This document shows positions 46,189 to 55,202 of a stretch of DNA of 64,000 bases, one piece after another. Position 1 is the first letter of the stretch. Every line of letters begins with the position of its first letter. The stretch is from Gemmatimonadota bacterium (GTDB lineage: Bacteria > Gemmatimonadota > Gemmatimonadetes > Gemmatimonadales > GWC2-71-9). The stretch spans positions 324,345 to 388,344 of the forward strand of contig SHZU01000001.1 in the NCBI GenBank assembly GCA_009692115.1, written 5' to 3'. The position numbers and the translations under genes are program-made. Under the pieces are notes generated by a model. The model searched no databases, was not told where the DNA came from, and worked only from the letters and a program-made list of their open reading frames with translations.

Positions 46189-46602
46189 TCAGCCGCGGAC
46201 CTGTTTCAGCACCTCCGAAAGGTTCAGGGTCCGGGCTTGCTCCCGGATCCGGCCCTCGACCTTGGGATAGAGCCCCTCGGCGTCAACCTTGAGCTTGCCA
46301 AACAGTGCCTTGAGGTCCTCCCGGCTGAGACTCCGGCCCTGGGCATAGTATTGCCGGGCCGCGTTCCCGAGCGCATACGTCGTCGCGAAGGTCAGAGCAG
46401 CCCCGGCGGCGGTCGAGACCACCCCACCGGCCACCCCGCCGAGCATCCGGCCAAACAGCCCTTTGGCCAAACCGCCCATGAGCTTCCGAGCGACGCCCTC
46501 CATTACTTGGCCGGCCGCGCCGATCCCGACCGCCCCGGCCAGGTCCTTCACCTGATTGGCATCGAGCTTCTGGCCGTGGTCCTGGCCAATCTTGTACACC
46601 AT
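46189..46602 (-). CDS. Gly-rich conserved-looking hypothetical protein, possibly N-terminally truncated
   Basis: MVYKIGQDHGQKLDANQVKDL...FATTYALGNAARQYYAQGRSLSREDLKALF. I recall similar DUF697/EcsC-like modules that have a longer N-terminus. Family not verified. Confidence 0.4.
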   Translation of the reverse strand: MVYKIGQDHGQKLDANQVKDLAGAVGIGAAGQVMEGVARKLMGGLAKGLFGRMLGGVAGGVVSTAAGAALTFATTYALGNAARQYYAQGRSLSREDLKALFGKLKVDAEGLYPKVEGRIREQARTLNLSEVLKQVRG

Positions 46603-46831
46603 CCTCGGATCCGGCGGATGCGGACTGGCCGGCCCGGATCGGTCGCTCGATCGGTTCAACGAGGCGAAGCAACTCTGGGATCAGGAGAATCCGGCCAACT
46701 ATGCCGTCACGGTGTCGTTCGACCGCCAGTACGGGTTCCCATCGGACGCCACCATCGACTACATCAAGAATGCCGTCGACGACGAGTTGAGTCTCAAGGC
46801 GTCCAACTTCGTCGTCCTGCCAGTCCCCTGA
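46556..46831 (+). pseudogene. Possible DUF6174-like lipoprotein remnant with in-frame internal deletion
   Basis: ...LGSGGC (lipobox-like) GLAGPDRSLDRFNEAKQLWDQENPANYAVTVSF joined directly to DRQYGFPSDATIDYIKNAVDDELSLKASNF. The Cys-containing middle of the family is absent. The 5' end overlaps the opposite-strand ORF. Confidence 0.3.
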
Positions 46832-46846
46832 TGACGGCCCATCGGG

Positions 46847-48490
46847 CTACATCACCCGGTACTTGGGACCGCTACCGCCCTCGCGGGGCGTCCACCGGGG
46901 GCCCACGACGTCAGTGGCCTTGCAGTCGACACAATTGGGCGGATTGACCCGAAGCTCGTCCCCGACTCGTTCGTAGACACCGGCGGGACAGATGTGACTG
47001 TAGAAGTCGGCGACCTCACCGGACACGTCCTGCCCGACAATCAAGTGGGAGGGAATGGTATCCCGGGTCGCGTTACCAGACTTGAACACGGCGTCAGCTT
47101 TGCTGAAGGTGATGGTATTGTCCGGCACGAACGGCGTTCGAGGGGTGATGTCCCGCGGCTCCTCGGCGTCGGTCTCACTGTGGATCTGGCCTCCGGGAAA
47201 CCCACCGTTGGTGAGGGTCATCAGCACACTCTTCACGCCGCCCACGTAGAAACCCTGCTTGAAGGCCAGCCGCATATTCCGGCGTTTCTTGAGGTCGGCC
47301 ACCACGTAACTGTCCCGGAGCATGGTGTCGTAGGCGGCCAGCTTGGCCCCGCTGGTGTCGCCCGCTTTGAGAGCCGCGAAGATGGCCCGGGCCGCGAACA
47401 TCCCGGATTGCATGGCGTAGTGAATGCCCTTGAGGCTCGCTACTTCCACCGTGCCAAGACAATCGCCGGCCATGATGAGGCCGTCACCCGAAAACCGATC
47501 GGGCAGCGCGTAATATCCGCCCTCGGGAATGGTCTTGGCGCCCCACTCGACCAAGTGGCCTCCCTCGAAGTACGGCCGGAACAACGGGTGGAGCTTGGTC
47601 CGCTGGAGCAACTCATGGACGTCGAGTCCGGCATCCTTGGCGTCCAGCCCGACCACCAGCCCAATGGCCACCTGACTGGGCCCCATCGGGTACATGAAGG
47701 TGCCGCCGAAGGCATCCCGCGGAAGCGGCCAGCCCAAGGTGTGAATGATCCGGTCCAACGGTTTCTTGACGTCCCACACTTCTTTGACGCCTAACGCAAA
47801 GATCTGGGGATTCGGCGACCCGATTTTCTGCCAGTTGCGCCAGGCCTCGGACAACGGACCCCGGGTGCCTTCGGTCAGGACCGTCACTTTGGCGGCCAGG
47901 TCGGTCGGCTCGGCAAACCCATCGCCCGGGTTCCGGTCCCGATCGAGGCCCGACGGGGTGGTCCGGACCCCGATGACCCGGGCGCCGTCCACCAGCAAGG
48001 AATCCGCGGGGAACCCGGCAAACAGGTTAACGCCGAGTTCCTCGGCCCGGCCACCCATCCAACGCACCACCTCCGACAGCGAGGCCACGTAGTTCCCGCT
48101 GTTGTGCATTGTCGGCGGGGTCGGGATCTTCAGGGCGCTTCCCTCGGTCATCAGGTACACGGCCTCGCCGGTGACTTTCTGCCGGAACGGCAAGTCGGCG
48201 ACCGGGACCTCCGGGAAGAGTTCGGCGAACGTCCGGGGGTTGATCACGGCGCCGGAGAGGCAGTGCTCCCCGAGGCTCCCGGCTTTTTCCAACACGCCGA
48301 TACTCAAGTCGCCTAACGTTCCATCCTGCTTGACCAGCTTGGCCAGTTCGATGGCCCCCGCCAGACCCGCCGGACCGGCGCCGACGAAGAGCACGTCCAT
48401 CTCGATGGCCTCGGCGCCCGGCGCCTCGGCCTTGATCAACTGCGCCACCGGCAGGGCCGGCTGGTGTCTGATGGGGAGAATCCTGGTCAC
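46847..48490 (-). CDS. Electron-transfer flavoprotein:ubiquinone oxidoreductase
   Basis: MDVLFVGAGPAGLAGAIEL (FAD fold), ...GEHCLSGAV..., C-terminal 4Fe-4S region CPAGVYE...NCVDCKATD. Confidence 0.9.
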   Translation of the reverse strand: MTRILPIRHQPALPVAQLIKAEAPGAEAIEMDVLFVGAGPAGLAGAIELAKLVKQDGTLGDLSIGVLEKAGSLGEHCLSGAVINPRTFAELFPEVPVADLPFRQKVTGEAVYLMTEGSALKIPTPPTMHNSGNYVASLSEVVRWMGGRAEELGVNLFAGFPADSLLVDGARVIGVRTTPSGLDRDRNPGDGFAEPTDLAAKVTVLTEGTRGPLSEAWRNWQKIGSPNPQIFALGVKEVWDVKKPLDRIIHTLGWPLPRDAFGGTFMYPMGPSQVAIGLVVGLDAKDAGLDVHELLQRTKLHPLFRPYFEGGHLVEWGAKTIPEGGYYALPDRFSGDGLIMAGDCLGTVEVASLKGIHYAMQSGMFAARAIFAALKAGDTSGAKLAAYDTMLRDSYVVADLKKRRNMRLAFKQGFYVGGVKSVLMTLTNGGFPGGQIHSETDAEEPRDITPRTPFVPDNTITFSKADAVFKSGNATRDTIPSHLIVGQDVSGEVADFYSHICPAGVYERVGDELRVNPPNCVDCKATDVVGPRWTPREGGSGPKYRVM

Positions 48491-49342
48491 TTACGCAAGC
48501 TCCAGTGAGATGTCGGCGGCGATGACGCTGTGAGTCAGCGCCCCGACCGAGATGAAGTCCGCGCCCGCCTCGGCGTAGGCGCGGGCATTGCCGAGGTTGA
48601 TGCCCCCGGTCGCTTCGATCGCGATGGTGGGCTGAAGACCCCGGGCGAGTTCCGACCACCGGGCCACCATGCCGGGCGTCTGGTTGTCGACCATCAACCG
48701 GTCGGCCCCGGCCCGGCTGGCTTCGATGACCTGCTCCTCGGTCTCGACTTCCACTTGGCACGCGATCGCCCCCCGTGCCCGGGCGGCAACCAAGGCTTCC
48801 GCCACGCTCCGGCCATCGCGCTCCAATGCCCGCCAGTGATTGTCCTTGACCATGACGGTGTGGGCCAAGTCGAGCCGGTGAATCACACCCCCACCCGCGA
48901 CGACGGCGGCCACGTCCAGCAGGCGGAGCCCGGGGGCCGTCTTCCGGGTGTGGAGGACCTGGCACCTGGTTCCGGCAATCGCCCGGACGTAGGCGCGAGT
49001 CGCGGTGGCAATTCCACAGGCCCGCTGGAGAATGTTGAGCATCGCTCGCTCCGCCCGGAGAATGGCAGCCAGATCGCCCCGGACCTGGCCGATCGGGCCG
49101 GGCTCGGCGGCACCGCCCTCACCGGTGACCCAAGTGACCGAGCAGCCAGCCGCTCGGGCGGTGGTCTCGGCATACAGAAGCCCGGCCACCACGATGGGTG
49201 TCCGGGCCTCGAGCACGGCTTGGCCGGGCACCGGCTTCCGCACCGTGACGGCGGTCGTCAGGTCGAGGACGCCGTCTTCACCGAGCGCCAACGCCGCAAC
49301 CCGGGTGGCGTCGACGGTGAGATCGGGCAGGCGCTCCGGCAT
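48491..49342 (-). CDS. nadC: Nicotinate-nucleotide pyrophosphorylase (quinolinate phosphoribosyltransferase)
   Basis: AERAMLNILQRACGIATATR, HTRKTAPGLR, GGGVIHRLDL, MVKDNH, MVDN, EATGGINL. Confidence 0.9.
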   Translation of the reverse strand: MPERLPDLTVDATRVAALALGEDGVLDLTTAVTVRKPVPGQAVLEARTPIVVAGLLYAETTARAAGCSVTWVTGEGGAAEPGPIGQVRGDLAAILRAERAMLNILQRACGIATATRAYVRAIAGTRCQVLHTRKTAPGLRLLDVAAVVAGGGVIHRLDLAHTVMVKDNHWRALERDGRSVAEALVAARARGAIACQVEVETEEQVIEASRAGADRLMVDNQTPGMVARWSELARGLQPTIAIEATGGINLGNARAYAEAGADFISVGALTHSVIAADISLELA

Positions 49343-49348
49343 GGGCGG

Positions 49349-50320
49349 TTACTCCGCCTTGAGTTTTCGAATCTCGTCGGTTAGCCGAGGCACCACCTCG
49401 AACAAATCGCCGACGATTCCGTAGTCGGCCACCTTGAAGATCGGCGCGTCCTTGTCCTTGTTGATCGCGACGATGACCTTCGACGTCCGCATTCCGGCCA
49501 AGTGCTGAATCGCGCCGGAAATCCCGATCGCCACGTAGAGCGACGGCGCCACGGTCTTCCCGGTCTGGCCAACCTGGGCGCCGTGTTCGCGCCATCCGGC
49601 GTCGACCACCGCCCGGCTGGCGCCAACCGCCGCCGACCCCAGCGCCGCCGCCAGATCCTCGACCAATTTGAAGTTGGCGGGCTCTTTGAGACCCCGGCCG
49701 CCCGAAACCACAATGGGCGCCTCGGTGACATCGAGCGCGGCGGTGGCCGGCGCTTTGATTTCCGTGACTGTGACTCGCTGGGTAAAAGCGGGCACCGCGA
49801 CCGTTTCGGCGACCCCGGCCTTGTCGGCTTTGCCGGGCGCGAAGGTGTTGGGACGAACCGAGAGAATCGCGGGTGTTCCGCCTAACACGAGTTTCTGGAT
49901 GGCTTTGCCGGCATACACCGGGCGGGTGGCGACGATCTTCCCGCCCTCGACGTGGAGCGCGGTCACGTCGGTGGCACAGGCGGTCCGCAACTTGGCCGCA
50001 ACCCGGGGCGCGAGGTCCCGGCCGGTGGCACTGGCCGCGAAGACGACCGCGGCATAGCTCCCGCCGATCGATGCGATGGTCGCGGCATAGCCATCGGGAT
50101 TGTAGAGTCCGAATCCCTCGTGAGTGGCGTACAAGACCCGGTCGGCTCCTGAGGGCCCCAATCCGGTCACCCCCTCCACCGGCCCGGCGCCAAGGACGAT
50201 GGCGTCGACCGTGCTCCCCCCCATGGCGTCCGCAATCAGGCGGGCGGCCGCTACTGCTTCCAAGGAGACTTTGCGAAGCGCACCCTGGCGCTGTTCCGTG
50301 ACGGCAAGAATGGCAGCCAT
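49349..50320 (-). CDS. etfA: Electron transfer flavoprotein subunit alpha
   Basis: C-terminal FAD domain: VVSGGRGL..., ASRAVVDAGW...QVGQTGKTVAPSLYVAIGISGAIQHLAGM. Confidence 0.95.
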   Translation of the reverse strand: MAAILAVTEQRQGALRKVSLEAVAAARLIADAMGGSTVDAIVLGAGPVEGVTGLGPSGADRVLYATHEGFGLYNPDGYAATIASIGGSYAAVVFAASATGRDLAPRVAAKLRTACATDVTALHVEGGKIVATRPVYAGKAIQKLVLGGTPAILSVRPNTFAPGKADKAGVAETVAVPAFTQRVTVTEIKAPATAALDVTEAPIVVSGGRGLKEPANFKLVEDLAAALGSAAVGASRAVVDAGWREHGAQVGQTGKTVAPSLYVAIGISGAIQHLAGMRTSKVIVAINKDKDAPIFKVADYGIVGDLFEVVPRLTDEIRKLKAE

Positions 50321-50322
50321 GA

Positions 50323-51072
50323 TCAGATCACCTTCGCTTCGTTGCGAAGCAATTGCACGAGGAGCGTGACGGCGTCAGGTCCTTCCCCGACGATCCGGCC
50401 GGCTTGGCGTTCGGGCGGGAGGGAGAGCCCCACGACCGACACGGCGCCGGGTCCGAGCGTAACCGGCTTCGACTCGAGGGGCTTCTTCTTGGCCGCCATG
50501 ATCCCCTTGAGGGACGGTAGCCGCGGGGTATTGAGACCCTTGTCGGCGGTGATCACCGCCGGAAGGGCGCAGGTCACGACCTCGACTCCGCCCTCCACTT
50601 CGCGCTCGGCCTGGACCCGGCCGCCGTCGACGGTAAGGCCCGACACCGCCGAAATCGTCGGGAGGCCCAGCAACTCGCCCACCATCAGGCCGACCTGATG
50701 GTTGTAGTCATCCACCGCCATCTTGCCGAACAGGATCAGATCGAACCCGCCGGTGCCGAGCTCGGCCGCCAGCGCCTCGGCCACCACGAAGCCGTCCGCC
50801 GAACCAGCGGTCTGGAGCAGGACGCCGCGGTCGATGCCCATGGCGAGCGCCGTCCGGATGGTCTCCTGAGCGGCGTCGCCGCCTAACGAGTAGACCACGG
50901 TCTCCCCGGCCCCGGCCTTGTCCTTCAGGGCCAGCGCCGCCTCAAGGGCGTACTCGTCATACGGGTTCGGGACAAATTTCACCCCGGTCTCGTCGATGGA
51001 CTTCCCGTCCCCGCCCACCACGATTTTGGCCGTGGTGTCGGGAACCCGCTTCAAACAAACCGCGATTTTCAC
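50323..51072 (-). CDS. etfB: Electron transfer flavoprotein subunit beta
   Basis: MKIAVCLKRVPD..., NPYDEYALEAAL..., DLILFGKMAVDD. Confidence 0.95.
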   Translation of the reverse strand: MKIAVCLKRVPDTTAKIVVGGDGKSIDETGVKFVPNPYDEYALEAALALKDKAGAGETVVYSLGGDAAQETIRTALAMGIDRGVLLQTAGSADGFVVAEALAAELGTGGFDLILFGKMAVDDYNHQVGLMVGELLGLPTISAVSGLTVDGGRVQAEREVEGGVEVVTCALPAVITADKGLNTPRLPSLKGIMAAKKKPLESKPVTLGPGAVSVVGLSLPPERQAGRIVGEGPDAVTLLVQLLRNEAKVI

Positions 51073-51090
51073 GATCCCTCCTTCAGTGCA

Positions 51091-52290
51091 CTAATACGCG
51101 CTGAGTCCGGTGATTTCTTGCCCCAGAATCAGCGAGTGCATGTCGTGGGTGCCCTCGTAGGTATACACGGATTCCAGATTGGCCATGTGGCGCATCGAAT
51201 GGTACTCGGCCAAGATCCCGTTGGCGCCCAGCAACCGGCGGGATTCCCGGGCGCATTCGCACGCCATATCCACGTTGTTCCGTTTGGCCATCGAGACCTG
51301 CTGCGGCGTCATGGTGCCCGCCTCTTTCATCCGGCCCAACTGGAGGGACAGCAATTGGGCCTTGGTAATTTCCGTGGCCATGTCGGCCAACCGGACCTGT
51401 TGGATCTGGGTGCCGCCGATCGGCCGGCCGAACATGATCCGGCTCTTGGAGTAGCGCACGGCCTCATCGTAACAGGCCATCGCCGCACCGATCGCGCCCC
51501 AGGAGATGCCGTACCGGGCCTGGGTCAGGCACTGGAGCGGGCTCTTGAGGCCGCCGGACTTCGGCAGCAGGGCGTCCTTGGGGAGATGGACATCTTCGAA
51601 ATGGAGTTCGGCCGTATCGGAGGCCCGCAGCGAGAGCTTGCCCTTTTGGTCTTTGCCGGTAAAGCCCTTGGTGTCGGTGGGCACGATGAAGCCCCGAATC
51701 GACTTGGAGTCGTCAATCTCGCCGGTCTTGGCCCACACCACCGCCACGGTCGCCTGCGATCCGTTGGTGATCCACATCTTGGTTCCGTTCAGGACCCAAC
51801 CGTCCTTGGTTTCCTTCGCGGTGGTAATCATCCCGCCCGGGTTCGAGCCGAAATCGGGCTCGGTCAGACCAAAGCAGCCGATGTCCTTTCCTTGGGCCAG
51901 CGTCGGGAGCCACCGTTTGCGCTGCGCCTCCGAACCGAACGCGTAGATCGGGTACATCACGAGGGCACCCTGGACCGACGCGAACGAACGAATCCCGCTG
52001 TCGCCCCGCTCGAGTTCCTGCATGATGAGTCCGTAGGCCACGTTGCCCAAGCCGGCGCATCCGTATTCCTCGGGCAGGTTGGCGCCGAGGACACCGAGTT
52101 CCGCGAGGCCGGGGATCAGTTGCTTGGGGAATTTGCCGGCGACGTAGTACTCGCCGATGATCGGCATCAGGTGCTCATCGACCCAGGCCCGGACGGTGTC
52201 CCGGATGGCGCGCTCTTCTTCCGTGAGGAGGGAGTCGATTTGATACAGATCGACTCCGGTAAACTGGGACCCAGCGACACCGACTGACAT
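51091..52290 (-). CDS. gcdH: Glutaryl-CoA dehydrogenase-type acyl-CoA dehydrogenase
   Basis: ATG 52290. DSGIRSFASVQGALVMYPIYAFGSEAQRKRWLP, FGLTEPDFGSNP, KMWITNG, YEGTHDMH. Confidence 0.9.
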   Translation of the reverse strand: MSVGVAGSQFTGVDLYQIDSLLTEEERAIRDTVRAWVDEHLMPIIGEYYVAGKFPKQLIPGLAELGVLGANLPEEYGCAGLGNVAYGLIMQELERGDSGIRSFASVQGALVMYPIYAFGSEAQRKRWLPTLAQGKDIGCFGLTEPDFGSNPGGMITTAKETKDGWVLNGTKMWITNGSQATVAVVWAKTGEIDDSKSIRGFIVPTDTKGFTGKDQKGKLSLRASDTAELHFEDVHLPKDALLPKSGGLKSPLQCLTQARYGISWGAIGAAMACYDEAVRYSKSRIMFGRPIGGTQIQQVRLADMATEITKAQLLSLQLGRMKEAGTMTPQQVSMAKRNNVDMACECARESRRLLGANGILAEYHSMRHMANLESVYTYEGTHDMHSLILGQEITGLSAY

Positions 52291-52373
52291 GGGGCAACCC
52301 CTTCTAAAAAAACGAGTTAAGGCGGGAAAATAACGTAAGATGGCCAGCCGGGGTAGGCAGGGTTTCGCGGGCC

Positions 52374-53030
52374 TTACCGAATCGCGATGGCGCGCGGTTC
52401 GATGGCGACTTCGTTGGCCTTCCGCCGAAATCCCGGTCCGTGATCGACCGGGAGCCCCGACTCGTCTTGCCACTGGTGAACCATTTCGTGGAGGAGGGTG
52501 TCACTCACCGAGGCCCAGCCGTCCCGACTCAGATGGCGGCGACTGATGGCGATGATCGGACTCCCGACCGACGTGGGTTCGTAATGACCGAGCTTGCGCC
52601 GCATCCGGCCCGAGAGCTCGATCGGAATCGGGGCCAGCCGGCCGCCGAACCACCGCGCATTCAAGACGACATGGAGGGCTTGCAACTGAGCGATTCGCTG
52701 CTCGTCGCCCGGTTCGGACCGATCGGGGCGGCGAATCCGCCGGGGCGGGCCGTCCGGATGGACTGGGAACCGAAGGAACACCCGGGCGGCCTCCCGGCGA
52801 TCCTTCCGCCGCACCCAGGGCCTGGCCCACTTGGCGATTGCGGCCACCACCTCGGGAGGAGCCGCTGCATACCCCCCATGAACCCGGAGCCCGCTCCGCG
52901 GCTTGAAGGAGAGCATGACCCGGCGGTTTTGATGGAGCACGATCGGAATCGAGGCCGGCACCCCGAACGCCCGGAGTTCGGCAACCAAGTCCCGGGGCGT
53001 TTCAAGGTCGAGGCCGAGTTGGGCGGTCAT
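52374..53030 (-). CDS. SprT-like zinc metalloprotease-domain protein
   Basis: ATG 53030 overlaps the upstream stop (ATGA). LNARWFGGRL...IELSGRMRRKLGHY...TLLHEMVHQWQ (HExxH). Confidence 0.75.
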   Translation of the reverse strand: MTAQLGLDLETPRDLVAELRAFGVPASIPIVLHQNRRVMLSFKPRSGLRVHGGYAAAPPEVVAAIAKWARPWVRRKDRREAARVFLRFPVHPDGPPRRIRRPDRSEPGDEQRIAQLQALHVVLNARWFGGRLAPIPIELSGRMRRKLGHYEPTSVGSPIIAISRRHLSRDGWASVSDTLLHEMVHQWQDESGLPVDHGPGFRRKANEVAIEPRAIAIR

Positions 53031-53848
53031 CGCTCGGCGGGGCGCGGAAACCGGGCTGGTTCGCCGGGCTGGAAGGTGCGGCGGGCCCGGTCCCAGATGT
53101 GAGGCCTGATGGTGATCGACGAATCGTCGATTGTGATGACGTTGAAGGCCGACGGCCGGTGCCCCCGAGTCCGGTGGGTGTGAGTGCCCGCGGTGGAGAC
53201 TACCATCCGGCCCGCCGCCGCCGCACCCTCCTGATGGTCGTGCCCGCACAGCACCAGATCGGCTCCGGTCGAGCGCAGGGCGTCCTCGGCCCATCGCCAG
53301 TGGGCCAGGCCCATCCGACGCGAGATCTGACCCCGGAGGACGTTGTGGTGGAGGACGACTACCTTGAGGCCCGCCGGCGCGGCCTGGAACCGGGCGGCGA
53401 CCCGCTCCACCTCCGAGCGCGGCAAGTGCCCCTTCACGGCCGGATCCCGCCAGAACTTCCAGGTCATCGAGCCGAAGGCCACGCCGTGACTGGTCCGGAC
53501 GGAGGCAATCACGAGGCCGGGCAACTCGAGCGTCGGCGACAGGTCGTCACCGAAATAGCGGCGATACTTGACTGTTAGGCGGTCGGTGCCCAACAGGCCG
53601 AACGGAGTTTCCCACCAGGCCACGTCGTGATTTCCCGGTATCACATGGACCGGCGCCGCCGGGCGAAGCCGCTCCACGAAGGCCAGCGCGCGCTGGAACT
53701 CGCCGTGCCGGCCCCGCTGGGTCAGATCACCTGAGATAACGATGGCGGTGGGTCCAAGGGTCGGGACCAAGGACTCCAGCACGTTGATCTGCTCGAGATC
53801 AACGTCCCGGCCAAAATGCAGATCCGAGAGATGAACGAGGGTCGTCAC
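53027..53848 (-). CDS. Calcineurin-like metallophosphoesterase (CpdA-like)
   Basis: GTG 53848. LVHLSDLHFG, ISGDLTQRG, PGNHD, VLHHN, CGHDH. Confidence 0.8.
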   Translation of the reverse strand: MTTLVHLSDLHFGRDVDLEQINVLESLVPTLGPTAIVISGDLTQRGRHGEFQRALAFVERLRPAAPVHVIPGNHDVAWWETPFGLLGTDRLTVKYRRYFGDDLSPTLELPGLVIASVRTSHGVAFGSMTWKFWRDPAVKGHLPRSEVERVAARFQAAPAGLKVVVLHHNVLRGQISRRMGLAHWRWAEDALRSTGADLVLCGHDHQEGAAAAGRMVVSTAGTHTHRTRGHRPSAFNVITIDDSSITIRPHIWDRARRTFQPGEPARFPRPAER

Positions 53849-53849
53849 T

Positions 53850-55202
53850 CTACCAAACGACCCTGACTCGGTAGGTGAGGGTCGTTGCGCCGCGGGCCGG
53901 CACCTTGACCCGGAACCGGGTGATCGTGCTCGACACCTTCTCCGCCGCGACCGAGCTCGAGACAACCGTCCACTCGCCACCCCGCTGCTCCAGCACATCG
54001 ACCGAGACCACCGAGTCCTTGGCGTTGGCAATGGTAACGGCGTAGGTGGCCATGGCCACGGTCCGCTTGCCTTCGAGACGGGTCTCGTACGCCGTCTGGA
54101 GACGGCGGGCGGTCAGGTCGAAGGCGGTGCCGGCGTCGAGCCGAAGATCCTGGCCGGCCGCCGTGTGGCCCACCGAGGATTCGCCAACCAACTGCGGGCG
54201 GCCCGCGGCGTCGCGTTCGTAGAGACGGACGGTACCGCCCGGCACGGGCCGATCGCCGAACTCGGTCTTGGCCAGGCGTTTGATGATGTAGGTGACGTTG
54301 ACCGGTTCGAGCTGCTCGTCGCCGGATTGGGGCAGACCGCCCCAATACGGGAGCTGCCCCCGCACCGTGTAGGTCCGCTCGAGCGGCGCGGCGGCCGGTT
54401 CGAACAGGGCCGCCGAGGTCTCGACGCCCGGAACGAACGCCAACCGGCCCGGCAACGTGTACAGGTGGGCCTCGCCGACCTGCTGCTCACTGGCCCCCAT
54501 GTCCGCCATGGCCATCGACGCCTCTCGAGCCAACGGCCCCCGGCCTTGGAACGTCTTTGGGGCGGACCCCACGTTACCGGCCAGCAACTGGACCTCGACG
54601 GAATCAGCCCGGATGGTGCCGACCTGAATGGCGGCATGCCCCGCCACCCGAGCGGTTCCCTTGCCTAACGTGATGGCGTAAGCGGCGTTCCAGGACGCCC
54701 CGCCCGAGAAAAAGCCCAGGCCGAGGGTGGTGCGGGGCTTCTCGCTCTTGATCCCGACGAGCAGACTGGACTGGAGCGGCACCAGCTCGGCCGGAAACAG
54801 CGGGATGCCGGGCGCTTGGAACGTCACCCGCCCATCCTCGAGCCGATACCGCTCCGGATCGACCGCCATGACGTCGGCCATGGTGATTTCCCGGGCGCCG
54901 TTGGGGCCGCGAGTCGCAAAAGCCAGTTGGCGGCCAACGGCCCGGCGAAGGGCATTGGCCTGATCTTGGGCGGCATCGTACTGAGCGCCGGTAATGGCCA
55001 GGCCCGAATCGAGGGCAAACAGGGAGCCAAGATCGAGCTGCCCCAGCGTCAATTGATGCGACGACGCTCCGGCCGGCACTCGAACCGGGAGGGTCCGGCG
55101 TTGGAGGACCCGACCATCCTGGTAGATCGTCAGGCTCGTTTGCGCTTCGGCCGCGACTCCTCCAACCAAGATGATGACCGCCAAGACGCCCGCTGCCCTC
55201 AT
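53850..55202 (-). CDS. Secreted DUF4139-family (MuiA-like) protein
   Basis: ATG 55202 overlaps the upstream stop (ATGA). Signal peptide MRAAGVLAVIILVGGVAAEAQ. ASWNAAYAITL..., VTLTYRVRVVW-type C-terminus, as I recall for DUF4139. Confidence 0.65.
   Translation of the reverse strand: MRAAGVLAVIILVGGVAAEAQTSLTIYQDGRVLQRRTLPVRVPAGASSHQLTLGQLDLGSLFALDSGLAITGAQYDAAQDQANALRRAVGRQLAFATRGPNGAREITMADVMAVDPERYRLEDGRVTFQAPGIPLFPAELVPLQSSLLVGIKSEKPRTTLGLGFFSGGASWNAAYAITLGKGTARVAGHAAIQVGTIRADSVEVQLLAGNVGSAPKTFQGRGPLAREASMAMADMGASEQQVGEAHLYTLPGRLAFVPGVETSAALFEPAAAPLERTYTVRGQLPYWGGLPQSGDEQLEPVNVTYIIKRLAKTEFGDRPVPGGTVRLYERDAAGRPQLVGESSVGHTAAGQDLRLDAGTAFDLTARRLQTAYETRLEGKRTVAMATYAVTIANAKDSVVSVDVLEQRGGEWTVVSSSVAAEKVSSTITRFRVKVPARGATTLTYRVRVVW

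Noticed and set aside
46135-46947. 270-aa plus-strand ORF spanning the gene-fragment patch.
   Set aside because: It has Arg/Pro/Gly-rich composition and no motifs, and it overlaps better-supported frames on both strands.
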